From contig NIVC01000940.1 in assembly GCA_002269645.1 (NCBI GenBank), positions 16,839 to 80,838 on the forward strand: DNA of 64,000 bases, written 5' to 3'. The notes beneath the pieces are model-generated. The model worked only from the letters and a program-made list of their open reading frames with translations. It was not told where the DNA came from and searched no databases. Each line of letters starts with the position of its first letter. Position 1 is the stretch's first letter. The position numbers and the translations under genes were made by a program. Positions 32,901 through 43,828 of this stretch are shown piece by piece. This DNA is from Macrostomum lignano (taxonomy: Eukaryota).

Positions 32901-35900
32901 TGCTGGGCCAGCCTCCCAGATCCTCAGTTGCTGGGCCAGCCTTCCAGATCCTCAGTCGCTGGGCCACACTCTCAGATCCTCAGTTGCTGGGCCAGCCTCC
33001 CAGATCCTCAGTTGCTGGGCCACCCTCCCAGATCCTCAGTTGCTGGGCCACCCTCCCAGATCCTCAGTTGCTGGGCCACCCTCCCAGATCCTCAGTTGCT
33101 GGGCCACCCAGATCCTCAGTTGCTGGGCCACCCTCCCAGATCCTCAGTTGCTGGGCCACCCTCCCAGATCCTCAGTTGCTGGGGCACTCTCAGCCCCTCA
33201 AGGCCATCATTGAAGACAGGTCTTCAACCCCGACCTCCCCCAGGCGAGTGCTGGCAGCGGTTCCGCACCGTCCGCTTCCCAGCCTTCGTGCTGCTGCTGC
33301 CGGGCCTCAGCGAAGTCGCTTACTCTGGACCACTCGACCTGACGCACCTGCAGCGCTTCCTGACGGAGGCTCCGCTGGGCTACCGGACTGTCCGTTCCGA
33401 TGCCGAGCTGTTGAAGTTCACGCAGCTGTACGATGTGAGTGCCGGGTGTACTTTTTGCGAGAATGCGCCTGGTATGGGGTGAGATTTCCGCTGCCGTGTC
33501 TGGAGATGGAGGAGAGATTTCCGTCTGTCGTGTCTGAGGATGGAGGTGAGATTTCCGTCTGTCGTGTCTGGGATGGGGTGAGATTTCCGTCTGTCGTGTC
33601 TGGGGATGGAGGTGAGATTTCCGTCTGTCGTGTCTGGGATGGGGTGAGATTTCCGTCTGTCGTGTCTGGGATGGGGTGAGATTTCCGTCTGTCGTGTCTG
33701 GGGATGGGGTGAGATTTCCGTCTGTCGTGTCTGGGATGGGGTGAGATTTTCGTCTGTCGTGTCTGGGGATGAAGGTGAGATTTCCGTCTGTCGTGTCTGG
33801 GGATGGGGTGAGATTTCCGTCTGTCGTGTCTGGGATGGGGTGAGATTTCCGTCTGTCGTGTCTGGAGATGGATGTGAGATTTCCGTCTACCATGTCTGAA
33901 ATGGGGTGAGATTTCCGTCTGTCGTGTCTGGGGATGGAGGTGAGATTTCCGTCTGCCATGTCTGGGATGGGGTGAGATTTCCGTCTGCCATGTCTGGGAT
34001 GGGGTGAGATTTCCGTCTGTCGTGTCTGGAGATGGATGTGAGATTTCCGTCTGCCATGTCTGGGATGGGGTGAGATTTCCGGCTGTCGTGTCTGGAGATG
34101 GATGTGAGATTTCCGTCTGCCATGTCTGGGATGGGGTGAGATTTCCGTCTGCCGTGTCTGGGATGGGGTGAGATTTCCGTCTGCAGTGTTTGGAGTTTTT
34201 GGGTACTCTATTAGAACAGATTTGTAGTGGGTAAAAGTGCAAGATCTGTGTACTTTAGATTATTCCCTAAAATCTCCCCTTTTTCCCAGCCTATAGACTG
34301 TGGCCTGTGGGCCAGGTAAATTTCACATATTATCGAATATGTGAATTGCTATTTGTGATCAAGCTTGTGTCACCATTTTTTAATTAATGCTACTGTAAGT
34401 AATGATGTCCTTTCTCTTCAGTTTGTTTTTCTTGACATCGCTAATGCGCTCTCTGAAATGTTGAATCTTACTGTGTGCCTGTCTTCTCTGTCCATTGTGT
34501 CTTCTTTTCGTTGTCTAGATCTTCCAATTTCGTATCGTATTATTGAGTCCTCGGTGTGCAAGTGCTCACTCTGGCGAATCCCCACAGAATGTGCTCATCG
34601 GCTGCTACAACCTGTCTGCGGGGCCCGCGATCCCCGGACTGCACCAGTTCTATGCCGCCTCGGTGCACGCCTTCGACATGTTCGCCTCGGTGCCGTTCCT
34701 GCTGCCCGAGTTCGACACCTCTGACAAGTTCCAGTGCGGCCACAATGGCCAGATCATTCTGTTGCGCAGCGAGGACGTGGCTCTGGTAGGTTGGTGTGCG
34801 TCTGGTAGCTTAGTTTGAAGTCTGGTAGCTTAGTTTGAAGTCTGGTAGCTTAGTTTGAAGTCTGGTAGCTTAGTTTGAAGTCTGGTAGCTTAGTTTGAAG
34901 TCTGGTAGCTTAGTTTGAAGTCTGGTAGCTTAGTTTGAAGTCTGGTAGCTTAGTCTGGTAGCTTAGTCTGAAGTCTGGTAGCTTAGTTTGAAGTCTGGTA
35001 GGTTGGTTTGAAGTCTGGTAGGTTGGTTTGAAGTCTGGTAGGTTGGTTTGAAGTCTGGTAGGTTGGTTTGAAGTCTGATAGATTAGTGTGGGTCTGGTGG
35101 CTTAGTTTGAAGATTGGTAGGTTAGCTTGCAGTCTAGTAGGTTGCTGTGGGTCTGGTAGCTTAGTTTGAAGTCTAGTAGGTTACTTGTGTGTTTATAAAG
35201 TAGGTTGGATGTGCATAAAATTGTGGGTCTGTCAGGCAGGAAGCGAAACGAAGTAGTGACTTGTTTGTATGCTGCCAATTCAGCAAATGTATTTTGGTGG
35301 TTAAGTCAAGATGATTCAGCAAAGCACAGTGCGCCTGAGCACGCCTCATCATGCTCTTTGCATTATCCATTCGGTTCGTTTTTCGGCATCGTCCGCTTCT
35401 CGCCCTCTCCTTCCCCAGACACCGGACATCGCCCGTCCCCTGAGCTGCTCGGAGCTGCTCGGCTGGCTGCGGCAGCACCGGCGGCCGTCGCGGCTCTCCG
35501 TGCTGCAGTCCCCTGGCAGCAAGTCGCGCCGCCTCGCCGACCAGCTGCTGCTGCCCGCCAGGCCCGCAGCGGTGGCGCGGCCCGTCCTGCTGCTGTTCGA
35601 GCCCGGACCGCGGCACTGGGACTCTCCCGGCCTCAGCTGGCTGCGCTTCGTTGACGCGGTGTACGCGCGAGGCTGCAACGCCAGCGGTGGAGGCTCCGAC
35701 GCTGAGGCCGACGGTGCCGCCGAAGCTGACGACAGCGCGGAGTCCGCAGACGGCTTCGACACGGCCATTGCCGCCGCCTTGGCGCGGGTGGCGCACGACC
35801 GGCGGCTGGCGGCTGAGGCGGCCTCTCTTCGCCGGGTTTGCTCGGACCTCGCCGTCTCCAAGGAGCTCGCCGGCGGTTGCTATGCGCCAGTTGCGACGGC

Positions 35901-37161
35901 CTGGCAGCGGCTTTTCGGCCAGCGGCCATCGGCCTCGGAGGCCATGATGCTCAGCGGCCGCCTGCACCGGCTCTGCCTGCTGGCCAGCCTCTCCGCCTCA
36001 TCGCCGCACCCGCCCGACCGTCTGTCTGGCTTCTCCGCAGCAGCCGCATCGCCTCAGCTGATCGCCGCCGCCCGCAGCCTTCACCGCCTTGCCTGCGCTG
36101 CCGGCGGCAACCGGACACTCGGCCTGGCGCTGGCCAGCTCCCGTCTGCACCCGCAGCTTCTCCGCGGCCTCCTCGGCCCCGCCGCCAGCACGGCTGTCCG
36201 CCACGCCGTCATTGTTGACCTGGCCGACGGCGGCGGCTCCGCCACCCGACTGCCCGGCCCGGCCAGCCTGCAGGCCATCTTGGAGCTCCTCACGCGCCAC
36301 CACGCCGGCGAGCTCCGCCCGTTCCGCCGGCCGCCAATGCAGCCGTTGATGTCGCCGTCCCGGACCGCCCTGCCGGCGACCCTCACCGCTGCCAATCTGC
36401 CCGGCTTCGCGCTGAACCGCAGCCGCGACGCTTTGGTGCTGTTCCATTCCCCCGCCTGTGTCTACTGCGCCCCGCTAGTTGCCATGACAACCAGACTGTC
36501 GCTGCTGTTCGGCAGCCGGCTGCCCGTCGGCTTTGTCGACGTGTCCGCCAACGATCTGGACGCCACCTGGCGGCCGTCCCGGCTGCCGGCCCTTTTACTG
36601 TTCCCCGGGGATGCCGGGTCCGACCCGGTGCCCTACACCGGTCCGGCCACCGCTGCCGGCCTGCTGGACTTCCTCGCGCGCCACTCAGCCGCCTCGATCG
36701 GGCCGCGCGCCTGGGTCGGCCTGGCGCCCTGCCGCGGCAGCTGTCCGGCCTGGCAGGCCGAGAGGCTGGCCGACCACGCCGTCCGGCTGCAGGCCCGGCT
36801 GGACGGGGCGCTCGAGCTCGCGCAGTTCGCCGGCGACCGACTGGCCGAGGCCCACTGGCAACTCGGCCGCCTCATCGTTGGCAACTGGAGGCGGCTGGCC
36901 GGCGCCAGTGACTTGCTGGAGCCGGCCAGCGATGCCGGTGATGCAGTGTCGCTGCGACTTCGGGCTCGCGCTTTCGGCCACGTGCTGGCCCGCTGCGCCA
37001 GGCTGGTGGACGCCTGCGCCAGGAAGCGGGACCGCAGCCTGCAGCTGCTGGCCCGGCTGCGGCGCCTGCTGGCCGACAATGCGGCTGCCGATGCGTCCGG
37101 CGAGGTCGAGGTCGACTGGCTGCAGCTGGCTGGTGGAGCCGCCGACCAATGGGCCGACTGA
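23967..37161 (+). CDS. TXNDC11: Thioredoxin domain-containing protein 11-like, about 886 aa; exons 23967-24247, 32451-32698, 33244-33434, 34588-34785, 35419-37161
   Basis: N-terminal hydrophobic anchor, then RSKEV; Trx-like LMLYAPWDAES...VACW; ECWQRFRTVRFP...YSGPLD; C-terminal Trx LFHSPACVYC...DVSANDL...RLPALLLFP; helical tail. Splice phases 2/1/0/0 are all compatible; 2661 nt. Exon 1 is assigned by phase and homology position. Confidence 0.8.
26010..27298. repeat. 59-bp minisatellite inside the hAT-like element, about 22 copies
   Basis: ATGCACCTTGTGCGCGTAATGTTACTAGCATATATGTAGATCTGCACGCAGCGCGCACC, mostly identical units. Confidence 0.97.
28257..29873 (+). CDS. hAT-like transposase, C-terminal part (open for 538 codons after an acceptor at 28255; first ATG at 28308)
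   Basis: LNLVVTD (as after the hAT CxxH), SKTRF (TRW-like), FV..LLI..EVM.P..., EAIVESLYTSM (catalytic-E/dimerisation-like motif). BED finger and first catalytic Asp residues not found. Confidence 0.6.
   Translation, partial: LNLVVTDIRKSSAPIQRMIASLNWLHRKIQRGKILVKAYQVAERIHDRRARKTKSFSKTRFVSSSFTMVQATVTELRIWLTTLNETPLSRKNREVLAYLQSTAFVTELLIFSEVMKPFCATMLRCQNLQLPVWSMVEDISRLSVELEQKKTALSQLHELANMDRELDSFASATAANHDLRQHLPLLFTNLTDLQQGVYHDVDLATTTTVPRCILDRRCRHVSDSEDSSSDSESDSELEVRHAGRNVRSTFKSALSAGVELVTALGDRLSVRTSHSIPSFINLLSSAFGLAGYVGAMCGRLRRGSSGATVFLRHEAHFVVYGRNAFSMAAEAARSRRSLRDLFDSADLQPVDLHTLWCDTLKQIVWSEDSTSAHCRRVLFGDTVPDDRVLTLALTEVSDEFAIDFGQGPVKLKVQEQAFIKAMYNDDQLYTRFGKPLCALLDWALAKGCPEAIVESLYTSMERQCMQGALQLSSTLELRTRLAWHLPRTLAAIPTNVLERISREWLTSHPVTFLSAGSNKRKQEVLERLKSEEGRVRLK
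30029..30322. repeat. 61-bp tandem repeat inside the hAT-like element, about 5 copies
   Basis: TTAAGGCCACTTAGGAGCCTGTGGCTGCACGCCACTGCTAGTTGAGCTGTATTGTATCCAG. Confidence 0.95.
31510..31607. repeat. 18-bp tandem repeat
   Basis: GCAAGGTGAGCAGCAGGT, about 5 copies. Confidence 0.9.
32820..33186. repeat. 28-bp minisatellite in TXNDC11 intron 2
   Basis: TCCTCAGTTGCTGGGCCACCCTCCCAGA units. Confidence 0.95.
33476..34185. repeat. 32-bp minisatellite in TXNDC11 intron 3
   Basis: GAGATTTCCGTCTGTCGTGTCTGGGATGGGGT units. Confidence 0.95.
34800..35178. repeat. 20-bp minisatellite in TXNDC11 intron 4
   Basis: TCTGGTAGCTTAGTTTGAAG / TCTGGTAGGTTGGTTTGAAG units. Confidence 0.95.
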
Positions 37162-37223
37162 GGGGCTTTGGTTGCTAGTGGGATTCGATTGTGTATTGGA
37201 TTTGAATGTTTATGGGATTTGAC

Positions 37224-37782
37224 TGTCAGTGGGAGTCGATTGTCAGTGAGAGTCGATTGTCAGTGAGAGTCGATTGTCAGTGGGAGTCGATTGTCAGTGG
37301 GAGTCGATTGTCAGTGAGTGTCGATTGTAAGTAAGTGTCGATTGTCAGCGGGAGTCGATTGTCAGTGAGAGTCGATTGTCAGTGGGAGTCGATTGTCAGT
37401 GGGAGTCGATTGTCAGTGAGTGTCGATTGTAAGTAAGTGTCGATTGTCAGCGGGAGTCGATTGTCAATGAGAGTCGATTGTCAGTGAGAGTCGATTGTCA
37501 GTAAGTGTCGATTGTCAGTGAGAGTCGATTGTCAGTGGGAGTCGATTGTCAGTGGGAGTCGATTGTCAGTAAGTGTCGATTGTCAGTGGGAGTCGATTGT
37601 CAGTAAGTGTCGATTGTCAGTGGGAGTCGATTGTCAGTAAGTGTCGATTGTCAGTGAGAGTCGATTGTCAATGAGAGTCGATTGTCAGTGGGAGTCGACT
37701 GTCAGTGAGTGTCGATTGTCAGTGGGAGTCGATTGTCAGTAGTGTCGATGGTCAGTAAGTGTCGATGGTCAGTGGGAGTCGA
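37224..37782. repeat. 17-bp minisatellite just downstream of the TXNDC11 stop
   Basis: GAGTCGATTGTCAGTGG units. Confidence 0.95.
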
Positions 37783-38469
37783 TAGCCGTATTTCAAGTGC
37801 CAAAGCGATCTCTCGGATGTTCAACTCAAGCTGATTCTGTAATTATTGAACCTGTGATGCCTCAATACTGATTCGCTAGTCCCGTGTTCCTTGAGTGCGA
37901 AATCGGCTTTAATTCGGAATAATCCAGTTTGCAAATTCAGCATGCCAATCAGTGCGTTTCCAGGTGCATTTTGTCTATCGGAGCCGAGCGTCTAATCCAT
38001 TCAGTTTAATCTGCCTAGTGCTGTCGGTAATTCGGTCTTTCCTTTGCTAGCCTCTTCTGTTCTGTCTGTCTCTCTGAGATGTCGCTTGAGTTGCCTCTGG
38101 CTTGAGCATCATCGGTTGTTTATTGCGTTACAATGCCCCCCCCCCTGCGCCGTCTCCGCTCACACATCTTGCCTAGCTTTGCTTTGGTTGCCAAAGGCGG
38201 CTGTGTCTCTCTCCTCATTTCCATATATATGTATGTTGTAGTAGTGCTCAAGCTTTTTGAGTATAGTTGGTCAGCAATAGAGATAGAGATAGTCTGCTCA
38301 CATTCTGAATTCTTCGTGACGCATGTCGGTGGGCAAAGCTCTAAATTGCCATTCACAAAGTAAATTCTTTTTTACGAGTAATTATTTGTTGATTCTTAAT
38401 GCCGGTCTGCATTCAAAACTTCTTTTATTTTTATCGTGTTTTTGTAGGAACACAAAGTAATCTTAGGGC

Positions 38470-39265
38470 ACTCCCTGCATCTCACCTGCAGTCTCCTACA
38501 GCCACTCCCTGCATCTCACCTGCAGTCTCCTACAGCCACTCCCTGCATCTCACCTGCAGTCTCCTACAGCCACTCCCTGCATCTCACCCGCAGTCTCCTA
38601 CAGCCATTATCTACATCTCACCTGCACTCCTACAGCCACTCCCTGCATCTCACCTGCAGTCTCCTACAGCTATTACCTACATCTCACCTGCAGTCTCCTA
38701 CAGCCATTACCTACATCTCACCCGCAGTCTCCTACAGCCATTATCTACATCTCACCTGCACTCCTACAGCCACTCCCTGCATCTCACCTGCAGTCTCCTA
38801 CAGCTATTACCTACATCTCACCTGCAGTCTCCTACAGCCATTACCTACATCTCACCTGCAGTCTCCTACAGCCACTCCCTGCATCTCACCTGCAGTCTCC
38901 TACAGCTATTACCTACATCTCACCTGCAGTCTCCTACAGCTATTACCTACATCTCACCTGCAGTCTCCTACAGCCATTACCTACATCTCACCCGCAGTCT
39001 CCTACAGCCATTATCTACATCTCACCTGCACTCCTACAGCCACTCCCTGCATCTCACCTGCAGTCTCCTACAGGTATTACCTACATCTCACCTGCAGTCT
39101 CCTACAGCCATTACCTACATCTCACCCGCAGTCTCCTACAGCCATTATCTACATCTCACCTGCAGTCTCCTACAGCCACTCCCTGCATCTCACCTGCAGG
39201 CTGCAGCCTCCATCCACTCACTTGCAGCCTCCAGCCATTCCCTGCATCTCACCTGCAGTCTCATC
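38470..39265. repeat. 34-bp minisatellite upstream of SNRPC
   Basis: CTCACCTGCAGTCTCCTACAGCCACTCCCTGCAT units. Confidence 0.95.
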
Positions 39266-39370
39266 TGGCCATTCTGAACTCGTACATTTTTACTAACAGT
39301 AGGATAAAAGGAACAGGCATAAAAAGTTCTAAGCCAGCGAATTCATCTGCACGCCGCAAACTTTGCAGCC

Positions 39371-39928
39371 ATGCCGAAGTTTTACTGCGACTACTGCGAC
39401 ACCTTCCTGACGCACGACTCGCGTTCGGTGCGCAAGACGCACTGCAGCGGCCGGCACCACCGGGATGCAGTTCGCATGTACTACCAGAAATGGCTGGAGG
39501 AGCAGGTGCAGAAGCTGGTTGACAACACAACCGCCGCGTTCAAGTCCGGCGCTGCCAGGCCTGGCCGCGGCCCGCCCATGTCCATGCCGCCGCCGCCGCC
39601 TACCTCTGCCGGATTCCACCAGGCTCCGCCGTCGCTGCCGCCGCCGCCGATGCCTCCGGGTGCGCGCGGCGGCCCGCCAGCCGGGGCGATGATCCCCCCG
39701 CCGGTGAGCCTCGGCCACCACCAGCAGCCGCCGCATCACCATCCGTACGGCGCCGGCCCGCCGCCCGGCTTCCGCGGTGGCCCGCCGCCGCCTCCGTCTG
39801 GCGTGGCCGGTGGCGGCCTCGGCGGCATTGGGGGACACCGGATGCCGCCCATGCTGGGGCCGCCCAGGGGCTTCCCGCCCAGGCACGGCCCGATGGGCGG
39901 CGGCCTGCCGCCTCACGGCATGCGCTGA
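39371..39928 (+). CDS. SNRPC: U1 snRNP protein C, 185 aa, intronless CDS
   Basis: [30 protein letters not shown] matrin-type zinc finger followed by a Pro/Gly-rich tail. Confidence 0.97.
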   Translation: MPKFYCDYCDTFLTHDSRSVRKTHCSGRHHRDAVRMYYQKWLEEQVQKLVDNTTAAFKSGAARPGRGPPMSMPPPPPTSAGFHQAPPSLPPPPMPPGARGGPPAGAMIPPPVSLGHHQQPPHHHPYGAGPPPGFRGGPPPPPSGVAGGGLGGIGGHRMPPMLGPPRGFPPRHGPMGGGLPPHGMR

Positions 39929-40181
39929 TGGGCGCAGATTGAAAAAGAATTCGCAAGTCTCTACTTTGTACAGTAGTATGCTAAGCTGATTATTAGGCTT
40001 AAGTTTTTTAAAGACAAAACAAGCATCTTGTTCCGTTTGTTTGTTCCCATTATCCGTCGGGAGTTGAGTGTAGTGTAAAAATTATGCAATTCCTACCCTA
40101 ACCCTGCAAGCTTATTCTGTGCAAGTTTTAAATAATTTTTTGCATGAAATCGTAAAATATATTAGCAAGGCTTCAGTCAGT

Positions 40182-40218
40182 GTTGCTAGGCAACCGCTAT
40201 TTAAGGCTTTTTACTTCC
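40182..40218 (+). promoter_or_regulatory. Candidate RPL22 promoter: RFX-type palindrome followed by a polypyrimidine (TCT-like) start
   Basis: GTTGCTAGGCAAC at 40182-40194, then CTATTTAAGGCTTTTTACTTCC. Confidence 0.35.
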
Positions 40219-40317
40219 ATTTGTTTTAGTTGTACTTGCTGTAGCTCTGAAATTGCATTTTTCAGCTCTGTGGGTGAAAGTTTTAGTGCATTTTCATGGA
40301 TGAGTTGGCTTTTGCAT

Positions 40318-41020
40318 TCTGACTGTTGAGATATGCATTGGCCTAGGGATGAGATCTATAGCATTCTGACTGTTAAGATATGCATTGGCCTAGGGGTGAG
40401 ATCTATAGCATTCTGACTGTTAAGATATGCATTGGCCTAGGGGTGAGATCTATAGCATTCTGGGTAATGAGATAATGCATAGGCCTAGGTGGTGAGATCT
40501 ATAGCATTCTGGCTAATAAGATAATGCATAGCCCTAGGGGGGTGAGATCTATAGCATTCTAGCTAATGAGATAATGCATAGGCCTAGGGGGTGAGATCTA
40601 TAGCATTCTAGCTAATGAGATAATGCATAGGCCTAGGGGGGTGAGATCTATAGCATTCTAGCTAATGAAATAATGCATAGGCCTAGGGGGTGAGATCTAT
40701 AGCATTCTAGCTAATGAGATATGCATAGGCCTAGGTGGTGAGATCTATAGCATTCTAGCTAATGAGATAATGCATAGGTCTAGGGGTGAGATCTATAGCA
40801 TTCTAGCTAATGAGATAATGCATAGGCCTAGGGGGTGAGATCTATAGCATTCTAGCTAATGAGATAATGCATAGGCCTAGGGGTGAGATCTATAGCATTC
40901 TAGCTAATGAGATAATGCATAGGCCTAGGGGTGAGATCTATAGCATTCTAGCTAATGAGATAATGCATAGGCCTAGGTGGTGAGATCTATAGCATTCTGG
41001 CTAATGAGATAATGCATAGG
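40318..41020. repeat. About 49-bp minisatellite upstream of the RPL22 CDS
   Basis: GAGATCTATAGCATTCTAGCTAATGAGATAATGCATAGGCCTAGGGGGT units. Confidence 0.95.
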
Positions 41021-41095
41021 TGTAGGGGATTTAGGCGTTCTGTGGTGCAATCAAGCCTTGGCAACCCTCATCCCCGCCATCTGGTGCATGCCGCA

Positions 41096-41482
41096 ATGCC
41101 GAAGGTGCCACGCCGGTCCAACCTGAAGGGCAAGAAGAAGAAGCAGACCAGCAAGTTCGTGCTGGACTGCACGCACCCCGTTGAGGACGGCATCATGGAC
41201 GTGGCAAGCTTTGAGAAGTTCCTCACCGAGCGCATCAAGGTGCAGGGCAAGACCAACAACCTGCAGAACCTGGTGAACGTTGAGCGCAACAAGAGCAAGG
41301 TGACGGTCACAGCCGACATCCCGTTCTCCAAGCGGTACCTCAAGTACCTGACCAAGAAGTACCTGAAGAAGAACTCGCTGCGCGACTGGCTGCGGGTGGT
41401 CGCCTCCAACCGGGAGACCTTCGAGCTGCGCTACTTCAACATCAACAGCGAGGAGGCGGACGAGGACGCTGGCGAGGACTGA
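41096..41482 (+). CDS. RPL22: 60S ribosomal protein L22 (eL22), 128 aa
   Basis: [16 protein letters not shown]...[28 protein letters not shown]...ELRYFNI; ATG at 41096 chosen as the likely start. Confidence 0.95.
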   Translation: MPKVPRRSNLKGKKKKQTSKFVLDCTHPVEDGIMDVASFEKFLTERIKVQGKTNNLQNLVNVERNKSKVTVTADIPFSKRYLKYLTKKYLKKNSLRDWLRVVASNRETFELRYFNINSEEADEDAGED

Positions 41483-41865
41483 TTTGAAAGACTTGATGTT
41501 GCTGACTGGGGCATGCGTGTGCTAGCAGAGTTTGAGTGAGCATCGTCTTGATAATATACTGGGGTGCTTCATTCGCACCTGTGAGCCTGTTGTCCGCCTT
41601 GCGCTGCACTGCCGCTGGCGTGGATTCAATTTCACTCGAGTTCCTTCCCGCTTATTTATTTCCAGAGTAGCCAGCAGCCCCGCCTAGTCCGCTGTAAACT
41701 TTAGATTGCTTAGCCAGGCATGCGCGTGAAAAACTTGACACATTTGCATGCCGACTGAGTATTCAGAGAATGCACCGTAATAATTTTGCTGCTTTTGACA
41801 ATTGGGCTAATAATGTATGCTTATAACAGTGTTGCTTATTGAATCACTGTTGGGACATCAAGCTT

Positions 41866-42228
41866 GGACCATTTGGCCATTGGGACACTGTCAGCTGCAG
41901 CATGTGCTTTGACCATTTGGACCATTGGGACACTGTCAGCTGCAGCATGTGCTTTGACCATTTGGACCATTGGGACACTGTCAGCTGCAGCATGTGCTTT
42001 GACCATTTGGACCATTGGGACACTGTCAGCTGCAGCATGTGCTTTGACCATTTGGACCATTGGGACACTGTCAGCTGCAGCATGTGCTTTGACCATTTGG
42101 ACCATTGGGACACTGTCAGCTGCAGCATGTGCTTTGACCATTTGGACCATTGGGACACTGTCAGCTGCAGCATGTGCTTTGACCACTTGGATTATTGGGA
42201 CACTGTCAGCTGCAGCATGTGCTTTGAT
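41866..42228. repeat. 45-bp minisatellite, about 8 copies
   Basis: GACCATTGGGACACTGTCAGCTGCAGCATGTGCTTTGACCATTTG. Confidence 0.95.
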
Positions 42229-43828
42229 CGAAGGACAGGATGCATCATGTACATCAACTATTGAATAGCATTGAACTGGGCGATAGTGCAAGCAATTTAC
42301 AGCTCAGAGCCCGGCAAGTGAAGGCAACGTCATCTGCCTTCAGTTTGTAAAAAACTCCCCTCAAAAACAAAAACATGCAGGATGCAGTTCCAATTAATGC
42401 TGAGGTGCGCAGGGGAAGGGAGCTTCTGTCACCCCCTGGCAGTTTAGATATTTTTTATTTCCCATCCCTGATAGCTGTTGGCATCGCTTGCCTGCACGGG
42501 TTTGCCAGTTTATTGCCCACAGACCCGCAGAGGCAATTCAATTTGCTCAGAGTTAATTAGCAAGCCTGTTACTAATCGATGCAGTCACTCAATTGTCAGA
42601 ACGGGGCGGTCGAAAGGCATGCATTAAGCAATCTTCCACAGAATTCTCAGGTCCCTCATACCCAAATTAGCATTTTCCCAGGCTCAGTAGTTTATCAGTT
42701 TTATTGTCCAGCTCAAACTTGGAAAAATTCAGCTATCCATTTAGCGAATTGGCTTAAGTTTAAATCGGCTGCTTTATGGGCAGCTACCTGCTTCGTATCA
42801 TTTTTGTGGATTGAGCTGTCACTGATGCCATCAACTGATCATCGTCAATTTGCTGCGTTTTTTGCGTGAAATGCAGGAGACGATGATGATGCGAGAGAAG
42901 AGGATTGCGGGGTCGCACAAGGCAAAGCGCCCTGCTAAGCGAATACCAGAGAGACGCTGCGCTGCAGGTGGAGAGGAAGAGTCTGGATAAGGACGAGAGG
43001 ACCAACTGTTTACTGATATCTACGAGCGTATTAAGGAAGCGGTTTTGGTTCAATTCTTTTGAAAAGCTACATTCATCATCTTAGGCACCAGGGACTCGCA
43101 ACTCCGCCCCTGCACGCCTTGATAAAACAAAAGGTTTAAGTTTCATACAAAGTTTCCTAACTCGCCTCCAACATCTGTTCGGTTTTTTATGAGAGGAAAG
43201 AATCCCCCTATTTATTAGTAGTAACAGTAATTATGCAAAAATTTGGAAAATTCAAGTTGATACAAAATGCCTGAGATTCTGCACTCACCCATATCATTTC
43301 TATATATCTTTCCCATCACTAACTTGTCATGCACTCGTGCACGCGCTATAAATTAGAGTACCAGCTGAGGCACTCTGGCTGCAGTTGTGCCATTGTTGTG
43401 CCATTGTGCCATTGTAATGCACCTTGCATGCTCACCCCCTGCAGCTTGAGCAGTTCAGCTGCAATTATAAAAAGAATTAACTGCACAACAGTTTTGCCGT
43501 GTTCACCCGAATGAATGTTGAAATGTTTTTCGGATGGAAACTTTGTGGCTCGCTTTTTATTACTCTGTTACTCTGTTCTTTTACTCTCTGTCTGCTAGCA
43601 GGCCACGACACAGCCAAGTGATAGGCTTCTCTGAGTGAGCTGGCCAATGAGGGACAGCCGGGGGGTCATTATTCATAGCTAAGGACTGACTGACCCCAGC
43701 AGGAGCGATATAAGCCGGTGACCAAGCTTTCCTGCCATTTTTAATGCAAGCAAGCAACTGCATTCGCGTCGCAAAACTAAATTGACTAACTAGCTTCATT
43801 GGTTAACTTCTCAGCCGAGTTCTCAGCC

